Shown here piece after piece: positions 37,701 through 48,170 of a DNA stretch of 64,000 nucleotides (within the stretch, counting starts at the first letter, position 1; each line of letters opens with the position of its first letter). The position numbers and the translations under genes are program-made. The stretch comes from Lama guanicoe (Eukaryota), in the NCBI GenBank assembly GCA_013239625.1, contig MU053881.1:6533957-6597956 (forward strand), written 5' to 3'. Under the pieces are notes generated by a model. That model saw only the letters and a list, made by a program, of their open reading frames with translations. It had not been told where the DNA came from and made no database searches.

Positions 37701-38796
37701 AGTCCACTCAGTGAGGTTGGCTACCCCTGCAGCTTCCCCCTTCTCTTCAAGATCTGGGTTTTTTGGGTTTCCAGTCAGTACCAAGACTGGGGTGCAGAGC
37801 TTGCTGAAGTCTTCCAATTAGACTGAGCCTTACTTTGATGTGAAGGGACACACATTTCAGCTCTTCCAAGAAAGCCATATGGGCATTTTTGCACACGATC
37901 TTGGTGTCGTTCCCTTTCGAGGAAGAGTAATTTGGCTTGAATACATGGACTTGCTTTCATTGCTTTAGTTTTCATGGCAGCTGCTTTCTAACACCTTCTG
38001 GTGTTTGTACATCATTACAGCCAGTTTTAGGAATAAGTGGAGAAGGTCTTCACGTTCTCTCAGAAATGGAGCTGGGCATGGGTTTTGGAGCTTGGCAGGC
38101 TTTGAAACCCATTTCTAGCTGTTGTGGGCAGTTCCCTCCATGTCTCTGGGCATCCTTTTTTCATCTAAAGAACAGGTGCCTCAGATCCCTGCCTCCCAGG
38201 GTTGTTGTGAGATTCAGGTAGGACATCATCCATAGAGAACCTGGCGCCACACAGTGGTCCCCAGTCCTACCGACGCCTCCTCCTGGAAGCCTCTCCAGTG
38301 GGCCTTGCTGATGTCTGCTTGGAGGATTTATTCAGAGCTACAGGATTGGTCACGGAGGGGCTCTCCACTTCTACACCAGATCTGACTTCCTTACTGGAAC
38401 AAGGGAGAAAATCTCAGAAGCCTGAGCAAGAAGTGACGGCGAGCCCAGGCCCAGACTTTTGGTAAACGTCCGCTTCCGTGGGAACTGCAGCATTTATTTT
38501 TTGTGCTTTTTTTCCCCTTGTTCCCTCGTTAAAAGCTTTGATGAGTGGCAGGCTGCACCCTTGCAATTGCCCCAGCAGGTTGTCCTTTTTCCCCCACCCC
38601 ACCAGGACGACCACCTTCCTGTTGAATTATTCATCTTAGGATCAGTTTCGAGTCCTCCTTCCATTCTGACTTCTCTCTGAACAACTCTAGGTACTGATTT
38701 TTCTTTCAGCATTGGGTGCTCAGGACTGAGTTGGGTTTCTTACATGAGGTCTGACCAGCAGAGGGAGAAGGGAGCAGCCCTTCCACTCTTCTGGAG

Positions 38797-38994
38797 CAAG
38801 GGCTCTCAGCCCTAGGTGTACACTGGAATCACCCGGGAAGCTTTTAAAGCATACTAATTCTCAGGGCCTCACCTCCAGAGATGCTAATTCAGAACCTGGG
38901 ATAAGGCCCAGGCGATTGGCACTTTAAAATTTACTTTTCCCCGAGTGTGCGTCCCCAAGTGATTCTAATAGGTAGCTAGGGTAGAGAAACACTG
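38797..38994. mobile_element. MER5B-like MITE
   Basis: 'ggaatcacccgggaagcttttaaa...cctccagagatgctaatt...gtgattctaat...gagaaacactg'. Confidence 0.7.
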
Positions 38995-39399
38995 GTCTAA
39001 ACATTATAAAGGCATCTACCAAAGACATCTGAAAAGAGCAGAGGTATGTGTAGCTTCAGGTGCAGTGTGATCCAGCAGCTCAATGGTTTCATCAGGGGCT
39101 CAATTAGTGATTTACTGTAAAATTTTTATTAAAACAAATCTCTCTGCCTTGCCTTCTCTGATTCTGGTTTATCTGCTGTTTGGTTATCAGATAACCCCTC
39201 ATAATTCCTAAATCACTACCAATATGTTCTAGGACTGTATCCAGTAGGAGAGAGAACATCTTTGTCCCGTTGTTCCCAGCACAAGTTTTGAGCTTCATGA
39301 TTAGCTATCAAGCCTAGCTCTGAACCAATCACTGTCGCTAGGGGGATGGCCCAGTTCATATGCTCCATCCATACCCCTGGTATGGCCAGTTTCCCTCCT

Positions 39400-39566
39400 T
39401 AGCTCTGTGTGTCCTTTACAGTCACCTGGGCAGCTTCTAAAGAATCTTGATGCCCAGGCTCCACCCTCAGAGATTCTACTTACTGGTCTAGGATGGGGCC
39501 CAGGTGTTAGCATTTTTCAAAGTTCCGGAGATGCTGATGATGTGCAGCCAGGGTGGAGAACCGTGG
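39400..39566. mobile_element. MER5B-like MITE
   Basis: 'gtcacctgggcagctt...gatgcccaggctccaccctcagagattct...gtgcagccagggtggagaacc'. Confidence 0.7.
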
Positions 39567-40644
39567 CCTCGACATTGCACAGCCTCAGGATGCGGGTTCA
39601 GACCCCACGTGGGAAGGGTCACAAGTACAGATCCTTTGCTTGGGCCTAAGTGTATCATCCCTTGCTAGGGGCTGGCCACGTATCCATCAGTCTTTGATGA
39701 CCACATGGCTGTACTCAGAAAGCCCAAATAGAGAAACGAGCTGTGGCCTCTATAATCTCCAGCCACAAGAAGCAGCAGCCAATGGCAATCGGATTGGGAG
39801 TATTTCCTGCACGCAGCGGTGTGGTGACCTTCTCTTGCTAATGAGCCACAGGTACCCGAGGCTTCCCCCTTCACTGCATGTTTCCTCATCTGCTATTTGG
39901 ATTCAAAGAATTTCTGTGCCTCTCTGAGCTGATGACAGATGAATGAGTTGTATGAGGGACTGTCCGTTCCTTGGGGTGAGGCAGAATCCTGTAGCAGGGG
40001 AGCTCTAGGGAGGGTGGCAATTGTTTAATCTCTCTATGGCTGTGCCACCTTAAGCAGGTTCCCTTACCTCTCTGAACTTCAGTGTCCAAACCCGTAAAAT
40101 TAAGACTCTACCTTTCAGAGCATTCTACCACGAGCATGAAATAAGATAATTATAGAAGCCCCTCATGCAGCACTTGGCATATAACAGGGGTTCAGGAAAT
40201 TGCTTTCCTTCCAAGATGTGATGTTGAGGAAGGAAACCAAGACCCACAGTGTCCAACAGAAGTAATCACATGCTGTTTATGGGCTGAAGCCTCTTGATCA
40301 ACTCCTAGACTCCAAGTCCTTCAGCAGGAGGCCCTGGCTGTCTCGTCATCTCTCTGTAACCCCACCCACACCATAGGAGGCTCCAGGCTTTCTACACCAG
40401 AGGATCTTGCGAGTGGCAATTTTTCCTGGAAGGGAGGTGCTGTGAAGTCTCATTTTTAAGCTGCATTTGCTGCTGGTCGCAGTATTTGCGTTTGAATTGG
40501 GAGCAGGGGAGGGTGCTGTGCTGCCTGGCCCCGTGCCTGGCCCAGGGTGAGTACTACTAATTGGATGCCAGAGGAATGGACCAGCCTTCCCTTTTCACAA
40601 CTTACCTCTTCTGCCCAGTGTAGTCATGGACAAAATGAAGGTTA

Positions 40645-41460
40645 AGAGTGTAAGAAATAGTTCTGTTTATTGATTAGAAGATGGTATAAAATTACAGCAA
40701 CTTGCAGGCATCCTGGGCTTCCTGGGAGGGACATGCAGTGCTGGACTCTAGCTGGAGATGGACTGGAGATGTGGATCACTGGGCACTGGCTCCCTTCCTG
40801 TGCATGTTAAGGGACTTGCACTGCCAGCACAGGTGCTGGTGTCAGAGAGAATCATTGGTCCTTGCCTCTGGAAACAAAGGACATGGGCAGTTTGGTTCAC
40901 CAGACAATGCCATGCTTAATAATTCAGTCCTATCCTACACATGTCAGGGGCTGGCTCTCCCAGTCTAGTCATGGTGGATTTTAATTGTTCTGTGTAACAC
41001 TCGTCCTTCCTATCAAAGGACGGGAAACAGGCACATTGGTCTGGGAGGCCATCAGAGGATGGTGTGCATTCGGCTCAGGTCATCTTGCTTTCAGATACAT
41101 CAGGGTCTGCTGGACTTGGAGGCGGTGGGCTGGGGCACGCAAGCAGAAAAATATGCACTACTGTTTAAGCTCAAGCAGAGGGACCTTCCATAGGGCAGCA
41201 GTGTGAAGAGATGAGCATGCTTCCGCAACAAACCCGATTTCATCTTGTCTCTCTCAAGAAGAGGGAGGAGGGAGAGCTGGCAATCAGAGACTGGGCCACG
41301 CGGTGCTGGGTTCCGCAGAACGTCTTCAGCAGGCAGTTCTTCCCAAGTGTAAACGGTGTTTCTGTCCCAAGAGTCGGTATGTAAAATCAGAACGAGGGCA
41401 GACCAAGGTGTTGATCGTTTAGTACAATGTCTCTGAGAGCCCGGATGGCTGTGTTCACAG
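40645..41460 (-). other. KCNIP1: KCNIP1 3' UTR (end approximate)
   Basis: Spans the TAG stop to the first AATAAA. No interspersed repeat recognised. Confidence 0.7.
40666..40671 (-). terminator. KCNIP1: Candidate KCNIP1 polyadenylation signal AATAAA
   Basis: tttatt on +, ~790 nt after the stop codon, followed on the minus strand by U-rich 'cttcattttgtcc'. Confidence 0.7.
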
Positions 41461-41508
41461 CTACATGACATTTTGGAACAGCTGGAGGGACCTCATGATG
41501 TTGTCGTC
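41461..41508 (-). CDS. KCNIP1: KCNIP1 last coding exon, DDNIMRSLQLFQNVM*
   Basis: Acceptor cccttcccag|GAC GAC AAC...GTC ATG TAG. Matches the KChIP1 C-terminal helix. Confidence 0.97.
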   Translation of the reverse strand, partial: DDNIMRSLQLFQNVM

Positions 41509-42602
41509 CTGGGAAGGGAGGAGGGGGAAAAGAGGATAGTTAGAATTCTTGACCTGAACCTCTCCTCCAGCATCTTCCCCTCTGGCTATCTGGTAATTGG
41601 TCCAGGACGCCTGGATTACCCAAAGAGCCATCAACTAGCAGGTTAACACCAAGTTTTGCAAGGGTTCTCCAGGGCACTGCTCCAGGGCATTGGTCAAAGT
41701 ATGATCGATTCTCAGTCTATTCTTGTTATTAAATATTTTGACTATGTGATGCCTCTATCTCTCAGGGTTGCTGTGAGGTTTATGTCATTTACCTACCTAA
41801 TTTGGTAGATGCTCACTATATGTTAATAATTTCTCCCCTGCTTTCTTGTATTTGCGTTTCTTATTGGGTGGAGCTCGGAGTAACCGTGTACCTTTCTGAA
41901 ACCAGCTAGGGGCATACACGCATTTTTCTAAATCAGAGGAAAGCAGTTATTCCCAGTTCAGTCTCTGGTTGGCTCTGGGGCTGGTTTATTCTTTAGCAGT
42001 GTCAGCATCACCCCAGACCTGCTGAATTAGAATCTGCATTTTAACAAGAGCTTCAAGGAGCTTGGTTTGCACATTAAAGTTTTAGACACATTGGTCCAGG
42101 GCATTTGTGTTAAAATGAAGATTTCTAGACCCCCCAACCCCAGATCTAGAGTCTCTGGGATTGAGGCCTGGAGATGCACATTTTCAGAATCATCCCAGGC
42201 AATTCTTAATGCACACTATGGTTTAAGAATTTCAGCTTTAGATTTTTTTTTTCCCCCGGCTACTTCCTTGTAGTCTGGGGAGTGGGTTATCAAGCCAGAG
42301 GCAGGTTGAAAAATGACAGTGTTGCCCACTTGGACATCTGTAGTTTCACAGAGACCCCCTCTGGGCTTTCACATTCCCCCCCTGCCACCCCTTCTCAGTC
42401 TGTGCGGCTCAACCTGGGTTTAACCAAGACCAGCCATAGGCTAGTCTGGGCAGCGGAGATTGTTGGAATTCTGAGTTGTTGCTGGTGATGGTGGCTCTGA
42501 TCTGAGAGACTGCAGGTTTCTCACTTTCTCCCTCTGCAGGTCCTCAAGCCCCAGATTTCCTTTCCCAGATATAAAGCTTTTGTGCCTGAGATCTCTCCTT
42601 AC

Positions 42603-42665
42603 CTCCTGACAAGATTCAAGAAACTCATCTAAAGTCACGATGCCATCTTTGTTTTTGTCCATTTT
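42603..42665 (-). CDS. KCNIP1: KCNIP1 exon (63 nt), EF-hand 4, [21 protein letters not shown]
   Basis: ttttcag|AAA ATG...GAG|gtaagg. Canonical EF loop [12 protein letters not shown]. Confidence 0.98.
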
Positions 42666-43556
42666 CTGAAAAACACAATGAGAAGCACTTTAAAGAATCT
42701 GGTAATTTGCATTTCAAAACTTGCTTTTTGTTAACCAATGTTGCCCTGAGAATTGGTGTGGTCTTCCACTGGCCAGGCAACTCCATCCAGGCCCTGGTTA
42801 CAGCACTGTGACCCCCATGAGCATCCTTCAAATTAAAAAAAACTTGCTCTAGACTCTTATCACCTCATCACCAGATTATTCTGCTAACACCCTAACATGT
42901 CTTTCCCAGTCTCACTTCTAACCTGCTCATTTGGCAGAAAGAACACTGCACATGAGAGGTTCTACTTCTGTCTCTTTTAACTTACTGTGTGACCTTCAGT
43001 GAGTCTTTAAGCCTCTCTGAGCCTCTGCTTTTCCTATCTGCAAAGTGAGAGGATTAGACTAGAATGAGCTCTGACATTTTTTGATACTTTCCTGCTGTGT
43101 TCATTTTTTTTTTCTAATAGAACACCATCTTGCTATCATCTATTCATGGATTAACAGTAGCCACCCGCTCTACCACAGCAAGGCTGAACTCCTCAATTTA
43201 AAGATCTCACAATCCAGCCCACCCTAATTTCCAACCTTATTTCCCCGTATTCCCCAGACATACATGCTTAACATCTACACAAACGTGCTGAATGACGTCT
43301 TCTCTGTTTGCTCTGATCCCCCAACAATGTTCATTGAATTTAGAGTCTATGTTCTATCACTTACACTTAATATTCTTCCTTATTCTCTTCTGTAGTGTAT
43401 ACTTGTCTGTTTAGTGAGATAATCTATTCCTGGAGGACAAAGCATCTTGTAAGTCTTTTCTGTTTCCCACCATGTGTAGTGCAGGCTTGGACACAAACTG
43501 CTGCTCAGATGTTTGCGGGCTGACTGATCTGAGTCGCACAGTGTGCGTGCTCTTAC

Positions 43557-43661
43557 CTGGAAGAAGACGTCCACGTGCTGCCTTGGAGTGTCTTCCTTAA
43601 GGACAGGATATGTGTATTTGCCCATCATGTCATAGATGGCTTTGACAATGTCCATCATCTC
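43557..43661 (-). CDS. KCNIP1: KCNIP1 exon (105 nt), [35 protein letters not shown]
   Basis: ctctag|GAG...CAG|gtaaga, in frame with neighbouring exons. Confidence 0.98.
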
Positions 43662-44318
43662 CTAGAGCGGGGACACGGAAGCACACAGTGTGGGAAACAT
43701 GGGGTCAGGCTCTTCTAGGTGGCAGTTTGGGGCTCTCTGTGCCCCTTGAGAATGAAAACGACTGGAATTGCTTACCAGTTTACCTTCAGTACCTAGAACA
43801 CCCGCTAAGTCCTCAAGTGGATGTTGAGCAAATCCATGACTGAATGACTGAGGAATAAAAATTGGAGAGGACCTTGCCGGGTTGAGGTGAGGACTAGAGA
43901 TGATATTTTAACTCCAGGCGCTGCAGCTGGCACCTAGGAGCTCAGGAAGTGGGATGCTACAAGATACTAAATCCAAGCTTCGACTGAGATGCCAGGATAC
44001 AGTAGATACCAAAGTGAGTTTTGAGATAGACCTGTGGGTATTTCACTATCTAGAAACCACATGTAATTTGAGGCTCTGAAAGTGTCAAGCAGTGAAGATT
44101 GGGGAACTATCTGTGATGATTTCCTTTAGAGATGGCCGCACCTGACCCGCTTCTGTGGTTTTATTAATAAGCAAAATAGGTGGTAGCTAATGTGATTCAG
44201 CTGTAGCCTCCTCTTCCTCGAGGATCTCCCTTTTCTCTTCTAGGCAATGCCTCCTATGCTACTATTCCAGTTTTCACATTTGACTTGTGGCTGTAAACCT
44301 GTTAAAATGCAAGTTCCA

Positions 44319-44451
44319 GGGGAGGGTATAGCTCAGTGGTAGAGCGTGTGCTTAGCATGCACAAGGTCCTGGGTTCAATCCCCAGTACCTCCATTAAAAA
44401 TAAATAAATAAACCTAATTACCGCCACACACCCCTACCCCCTGCCACCCAA
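44319..44451 (+). mobile_element. tRNA-Ala-derived SINE (camelid Vic-1-like), antisense within a KCNIP1 intron
   Basis: ggggagggtatagctcagtggtagagcgtgtgcttagcatgcacaaggtcctgggttcaatccccagtacctcca plus a (taaa)n tail. TSD aaaatgcaagtt at 44304-44315 and 44452-44463. Confidence 0.9.
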
Positions 44452-44755
44452 AAAATGCAAGTTTCCCTGGGAAGAATTACACTGAAATTAATCATTTATA
44501 CCCATCTTTGGACTATGCATTGAATAAGTGAGAATGAATGAATTTGCTTAATCCTTTCTTGAGTGCCTGTGAACGGGGCAGGGTAGGGCAGCGGGGGAGG
44601 TCAAAGGTGGCTGTCATTTCATCAGGAGCCAGCTCTGCCCTGAAGCAGATCCCTCCTCCTTCAGACAATTTCGTCCTCATGGCTGGGGCTGTTTTCTCTT
44701 TAACTGGGTGCCTTCTCTGTAGCCCTCTCTTGCCCCCCGGCCTCAGCTCACTCAC

Positions 44756-44863
44756 CTCTTTGTTTATGTATCCATCTTTATTGATGTCATACAAATTAAA
44801 TGTCCACCTTAGTTTCTCATGGACGGTTCCTCTCAGTAAAATCGACAGAGCAGTTACAAAGTC
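44756..44863 (-). CDS. KCNIP1: KCNIP1 exon (108 nt), EF-hand 3, [36 protein letters not shown]
   Basis: ttctcag|GAC...GAG|gtgagt. EF loop [12 protein letters not shown]. Confidence 0.98.
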
Positions 44864-45164
44864 CTGAGAAGCAGAAGAGACACGAGAGAAGTTAACCACC
44901 AAGCCACTGGGTGGGGTGAAGTTCAGTCTTTGGGTCAGACTCTGTGACTGCTGTTACAGGACGGCATCTCCCATGTCCTCTGTCCCAGGAAGGACACGGC
45001 CAAGCTCAGTGAAGAGCACCCCACCCCTCTTCCATCGCCTGCCCCGACTCATGCTGGGGGAGGAACCCCTGGCGCTCAGTGTGCGCCCACACCGAGAGAC
45101 ACGGGTAGACACAGCCCCCTCTGCTCCTGCCTTGTGCCGTGGCGGCAGTTCTCACGCGAGGGGT

Positions 45165-45425
45165 GGCATAACCTAGTGGCTAAGAATGTGGACTCTGGAA
45201 GCATACTGCCTGAGTTCAAAGCCCTCCTTTACCACCTGCTAGCTGTCTGACCTTGGGAAAGCCACTCAGTCGCTCTTGGCCTTCCTTTCCTCCCTTGTAG
45301 ACTGGTGATAAATAATAGAACCCTACCTTGTTAGGGTTACTGTGAGGATTAAATGAGTTCATACAAGCAAAGCACTAAGGACAGAGCCTGCTGCGCGGTA
45401 AGCACCCCCGAGCGTGTGAGCTATT
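45165..45425 (+). mobile_element. Near full-length MIR SINE
   Basis: 'tagtggctaagaatgtggactctgga...agctgtctgaccttgggaaag...gtgaggattaaatgagtt'. Many other MIR fragments occur in the window, e.g. ~3250-3410, ~26230-26370, ~36720-36905. Confidence 0.8.
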
Positions 45426-45614
45426 AAACTGTTGTCATTAGTCCCGAGGTCCTGAGTTCCTGGAGGGCAAGGGCGGTTGCTGCTTCTGTCTCCAGGAAAT
45501 CCTTGTTAAGTGGATAAAGGACTGAAGCACTTGATGATCCACCCCTTCCCCCAACACCCCCACGGTTTAGAGGAAGAGGGGTTGAGACCCAGGGCTTCCC
45601 AGAGACAAGCGTAC

Positions 45615-45685
45615 CTCGAACTTCACGGAGCCCGTCTGGGTGGTGTCGAAGGCGTGGAAGAGGTAATGGGCGTACATGCTGGCAT
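45615..45685 (-). CDS. KCNIP1: KCNIP1 exon (71 nt), (D)ASMYAHYLFHAFDTTQTGSVKFE, EF-hand 2
   Basis: ccttgcag|AT GCC...GAG|gtacgc. Confidence 0.98.
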
Positions 45686-47106
45686 CTGCAAGGCACAGAA
45701 GGAAAGGCAGGTGATGGGAGCAGGGGCCCCGCAGAGGGGGTAAGGTCACTTAAAAACAGAAAGAAAGAGAAGAGGGAGATGCTAGGGTGATAGAAAGGAA
45801 AAGATTACAGAGGAGGGGAAACTGCTGGTGTGAACTGGGGCCTCTCTGGCTTTCCTGGAGTTCAGGTTGGAAGTTCTGGCAAGACTAAGACAGGCCCTCT
45901 TCCCTATGTCTAGCCATCCCCACAGAGAGATGCTTCTGCCTGTCTACGTGTATAATTTTTGGTGGATGAATGACATGGTGCCTGTGTGCAGAAGACACTC
46001 TCCTGAATGGCAGCACAGTGCCATGGGATGAGCACCCACTAGGAAGCAGACAGACCTGGGCTTGGAGAGCAGCTTTGTCACTACCTAGCTGTGTGACCGC
46101 AGGCATCTAACATGAGCTCTCTGAGCTTCATCTTCCCATCTCTGCACAATGTTAAACTTTCCATGTAGCTACATCATCAAAACCATCCTCAAGCCTGCCA
46201 CATAGTCAAATCTCAAAGAGCAGCTCACTAGGACTCAACAAAACAACGGTTCTGGGGCCTGGGTGGGACGAAACTGCCCCCCAGCTAAGAGGGGAGGCCC
46301 TGTACTGGATCCCGCTGCCCCCAAGAAGGCTCCTGTGCGCTGCGGAAGAGGCCCCTGAGAAACAGAAGCCAAGAAGTATCTGGGACACTTGGATCTGTTT
46401 CATCAGGACCCAGGGAAGGAGGCCCGCAGGAAATGGCAGGAAGTAAGTTGGCATGTGACTCACTGAAGCCACCAGAAGAGCCTCTGATGTCCCAGGCCGG
46501 TGGGGCCAGAACAGATTCCCGCGGGAGTCAGGCAGGGCGACGGAGTGGCTGTCAGCCTGGCACACTTGCTAACCTGATTCATAAGCACAGGTTTATTTAC
46601 CTTGCATCTTTCTGGATTAGTTTATTTTTGTAATCTCTGGTCTTTATTGAAGTTCTTTTTTTTTAAATTCCAGCTTGCCTCAGGCGTTTTAAGGAAAAGG
46701 TGGAGTATGGCACAGTGGTAGGGCTAACATGGCACAACTTTGATAGACACTTACGGGATCTAATTCTGGTCTGTCCTGCACTAACTGTGTGATCTTGACT
46801 GAACTGCTTAGCCTCTCTGAGACTTAGTTGCCCCGATCTGGGACAACAATACCAGCTTTCTAGAGCTGTTAAGAGACTTCATGATACTGCTTTATCAACC
46901 TCTCCTCTCTGGGAGAGGGTCCATTTTCAGAGCTGTTTTCTGCTAAAGCTTTAGCGAGTTCCACATCTTGCAATAAAGAAGGAATTCTGCTCTGAGTTCT
47001 CTCCAAGCTGAGGAGGAGGCAGGCAACAAGGAAGAGTGAACTTGCAGGAGGAAGGCTGCTCAGCAGAGAGGGAGCCAGGAGGGATCTTTTTCAAGGTCGG
47101 ACTCAC

Positions 47107-47176
47107 CTCCATGAGGGAAAAACTGAGCGTAGATCTGCTTGAATGTTTCTTCATTGACCGCACCACTGGGGCACTC
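47107..47176 (-). CDS. KCNIP1: KCNIP1 exon (70 nt), [23 protein letters not shown]
   Basis: cacgcag|GAG TGC CCC...GGA G|gtgagt. CPxG motif of the non-binding EF-1 in neuronal calcium sensors. Confidence 0.98.
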
Positions 47177-47980
47177 CTGCGTGAAGGGGAGAGAGTCAGC
47201 GGGAGTGTCTGACGGTCCACCCGGGGGGAGCAGACTAGGACCAGCCTTGGGGTCTAGGGTTCCTCGTGATCCCTGGTGGGCAGGGACTGGGCAACCACCT
47301 GCACACTTCTGTGTCTCCAAGCTGAGTGGCTGGGAGGTAGTCCCACCCTGAAGCTGATTTGCAGAATGATGAGGTGTTATCAGAGAATGGGCACTGTGAG
47401 GTGGAAAAGTTTGGGCTTTGGGATTAGAAAGACTTGGGTTTGGATCCTGGCTCAGCCTCTTCTAAGCTGTGTTACTCTGGATGATTCGATCTCTGATCCT
47501 CAATGTCCTTACCTATAAAATGGGCTGACAATACCTTCCCAACAAGGCTATCATGAGGTTTGATATATGAAATAATGTGGTAAATTAATAAATTGGCATT
47601 CAAGGTTACACGTCTGACTGTGAACTTGGTTAGCAGCAGACCTACATCCCATCATTTCTGGGGCACCAACAATATTAACAGTATGACTGGGTTAGGCTAA
47701 GGCTAGAATCTGGGCCAAGGTGAATTCTCTAAGGCTGTGCCATCCTGTGAAGTGTCTGGGCTGTCAGCCAGTTTCCCATCTACTGAGACTGCCTCATTCT
47801 TGCCTGGCATCTTTCTTTCTAGCCAGGTGACCTTGTCCTCATGTTTCCTTCATAGAATCGGCCTTCCTTTTACAGCTATACAAGTGCAGAAGCTCCCTGA
47901 TGGGCCCCCGTGGCACTTGGGAAAGCTTAGCCCCAAGTGGGAATTCTTGCCTGGGACTCCAGAGGCCGTGTGGGTCTTAC

Positions 47981-48105
47981 GTTTTTGAAGCCTCGATAAA
48001 GGACCTGCAGCTCCCTCTTGGTGAAGTTGGTCTGAGCCTCAAGTTGCTCCAGTCCCTCAGGCCGATGGCAAACCATGGTCATCTCCAACTCATCTTCAAT
48101 CTTAT
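47981..48105 (-). CDS. KCNIP1: KCNIP1 exon (125 nt), (D)[41 protein letters not shown]
   Basis: ggttccag|AT AAG...AAC|gtaaga. Confidence 0.98.
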
Positions 48106-48126
48106 CTGGAACCAGAGGAGAGGGCA

Positions 48127-48170
48127 TTGGAGTGGCTGACCATGGTGGTTGGAGTGGCTGACCATGGTGG
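48127..48170. repeat. Perfect 22-bp tandem duplication (ttggagtggctgaccatggtgg x2)
   Basis: Copies at 48127-48148 and 48149-48170. Confidence 0.95.

Noticed and set aside
40980..40985. ATTAAA on the minus strand as a proximal KCNIP1 poly(A) signal
   Set aside because: It is a weaker hexamer with no clear downstream U/GU element, and cannot be supported without 3'-end data.
44319..44393. tRNA-Ala(AGC)-like gene (also 37399-37470)
   Set aside because: It is followed by a (taaa)n/C-rich/A tail rather than a T-run terminator, is flanked by TSDs, and occurs as two similar copies. These are SINEs, not tRNA genes.
44513..44902. Single-exon ORF calls overlapping KCNIP1 and GABRP exons (also 47927-48235, 43380-43658, 771-1046)
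   Set aside because: Only the GT-AG-bounded cores are coding. The flanks are translated intron.
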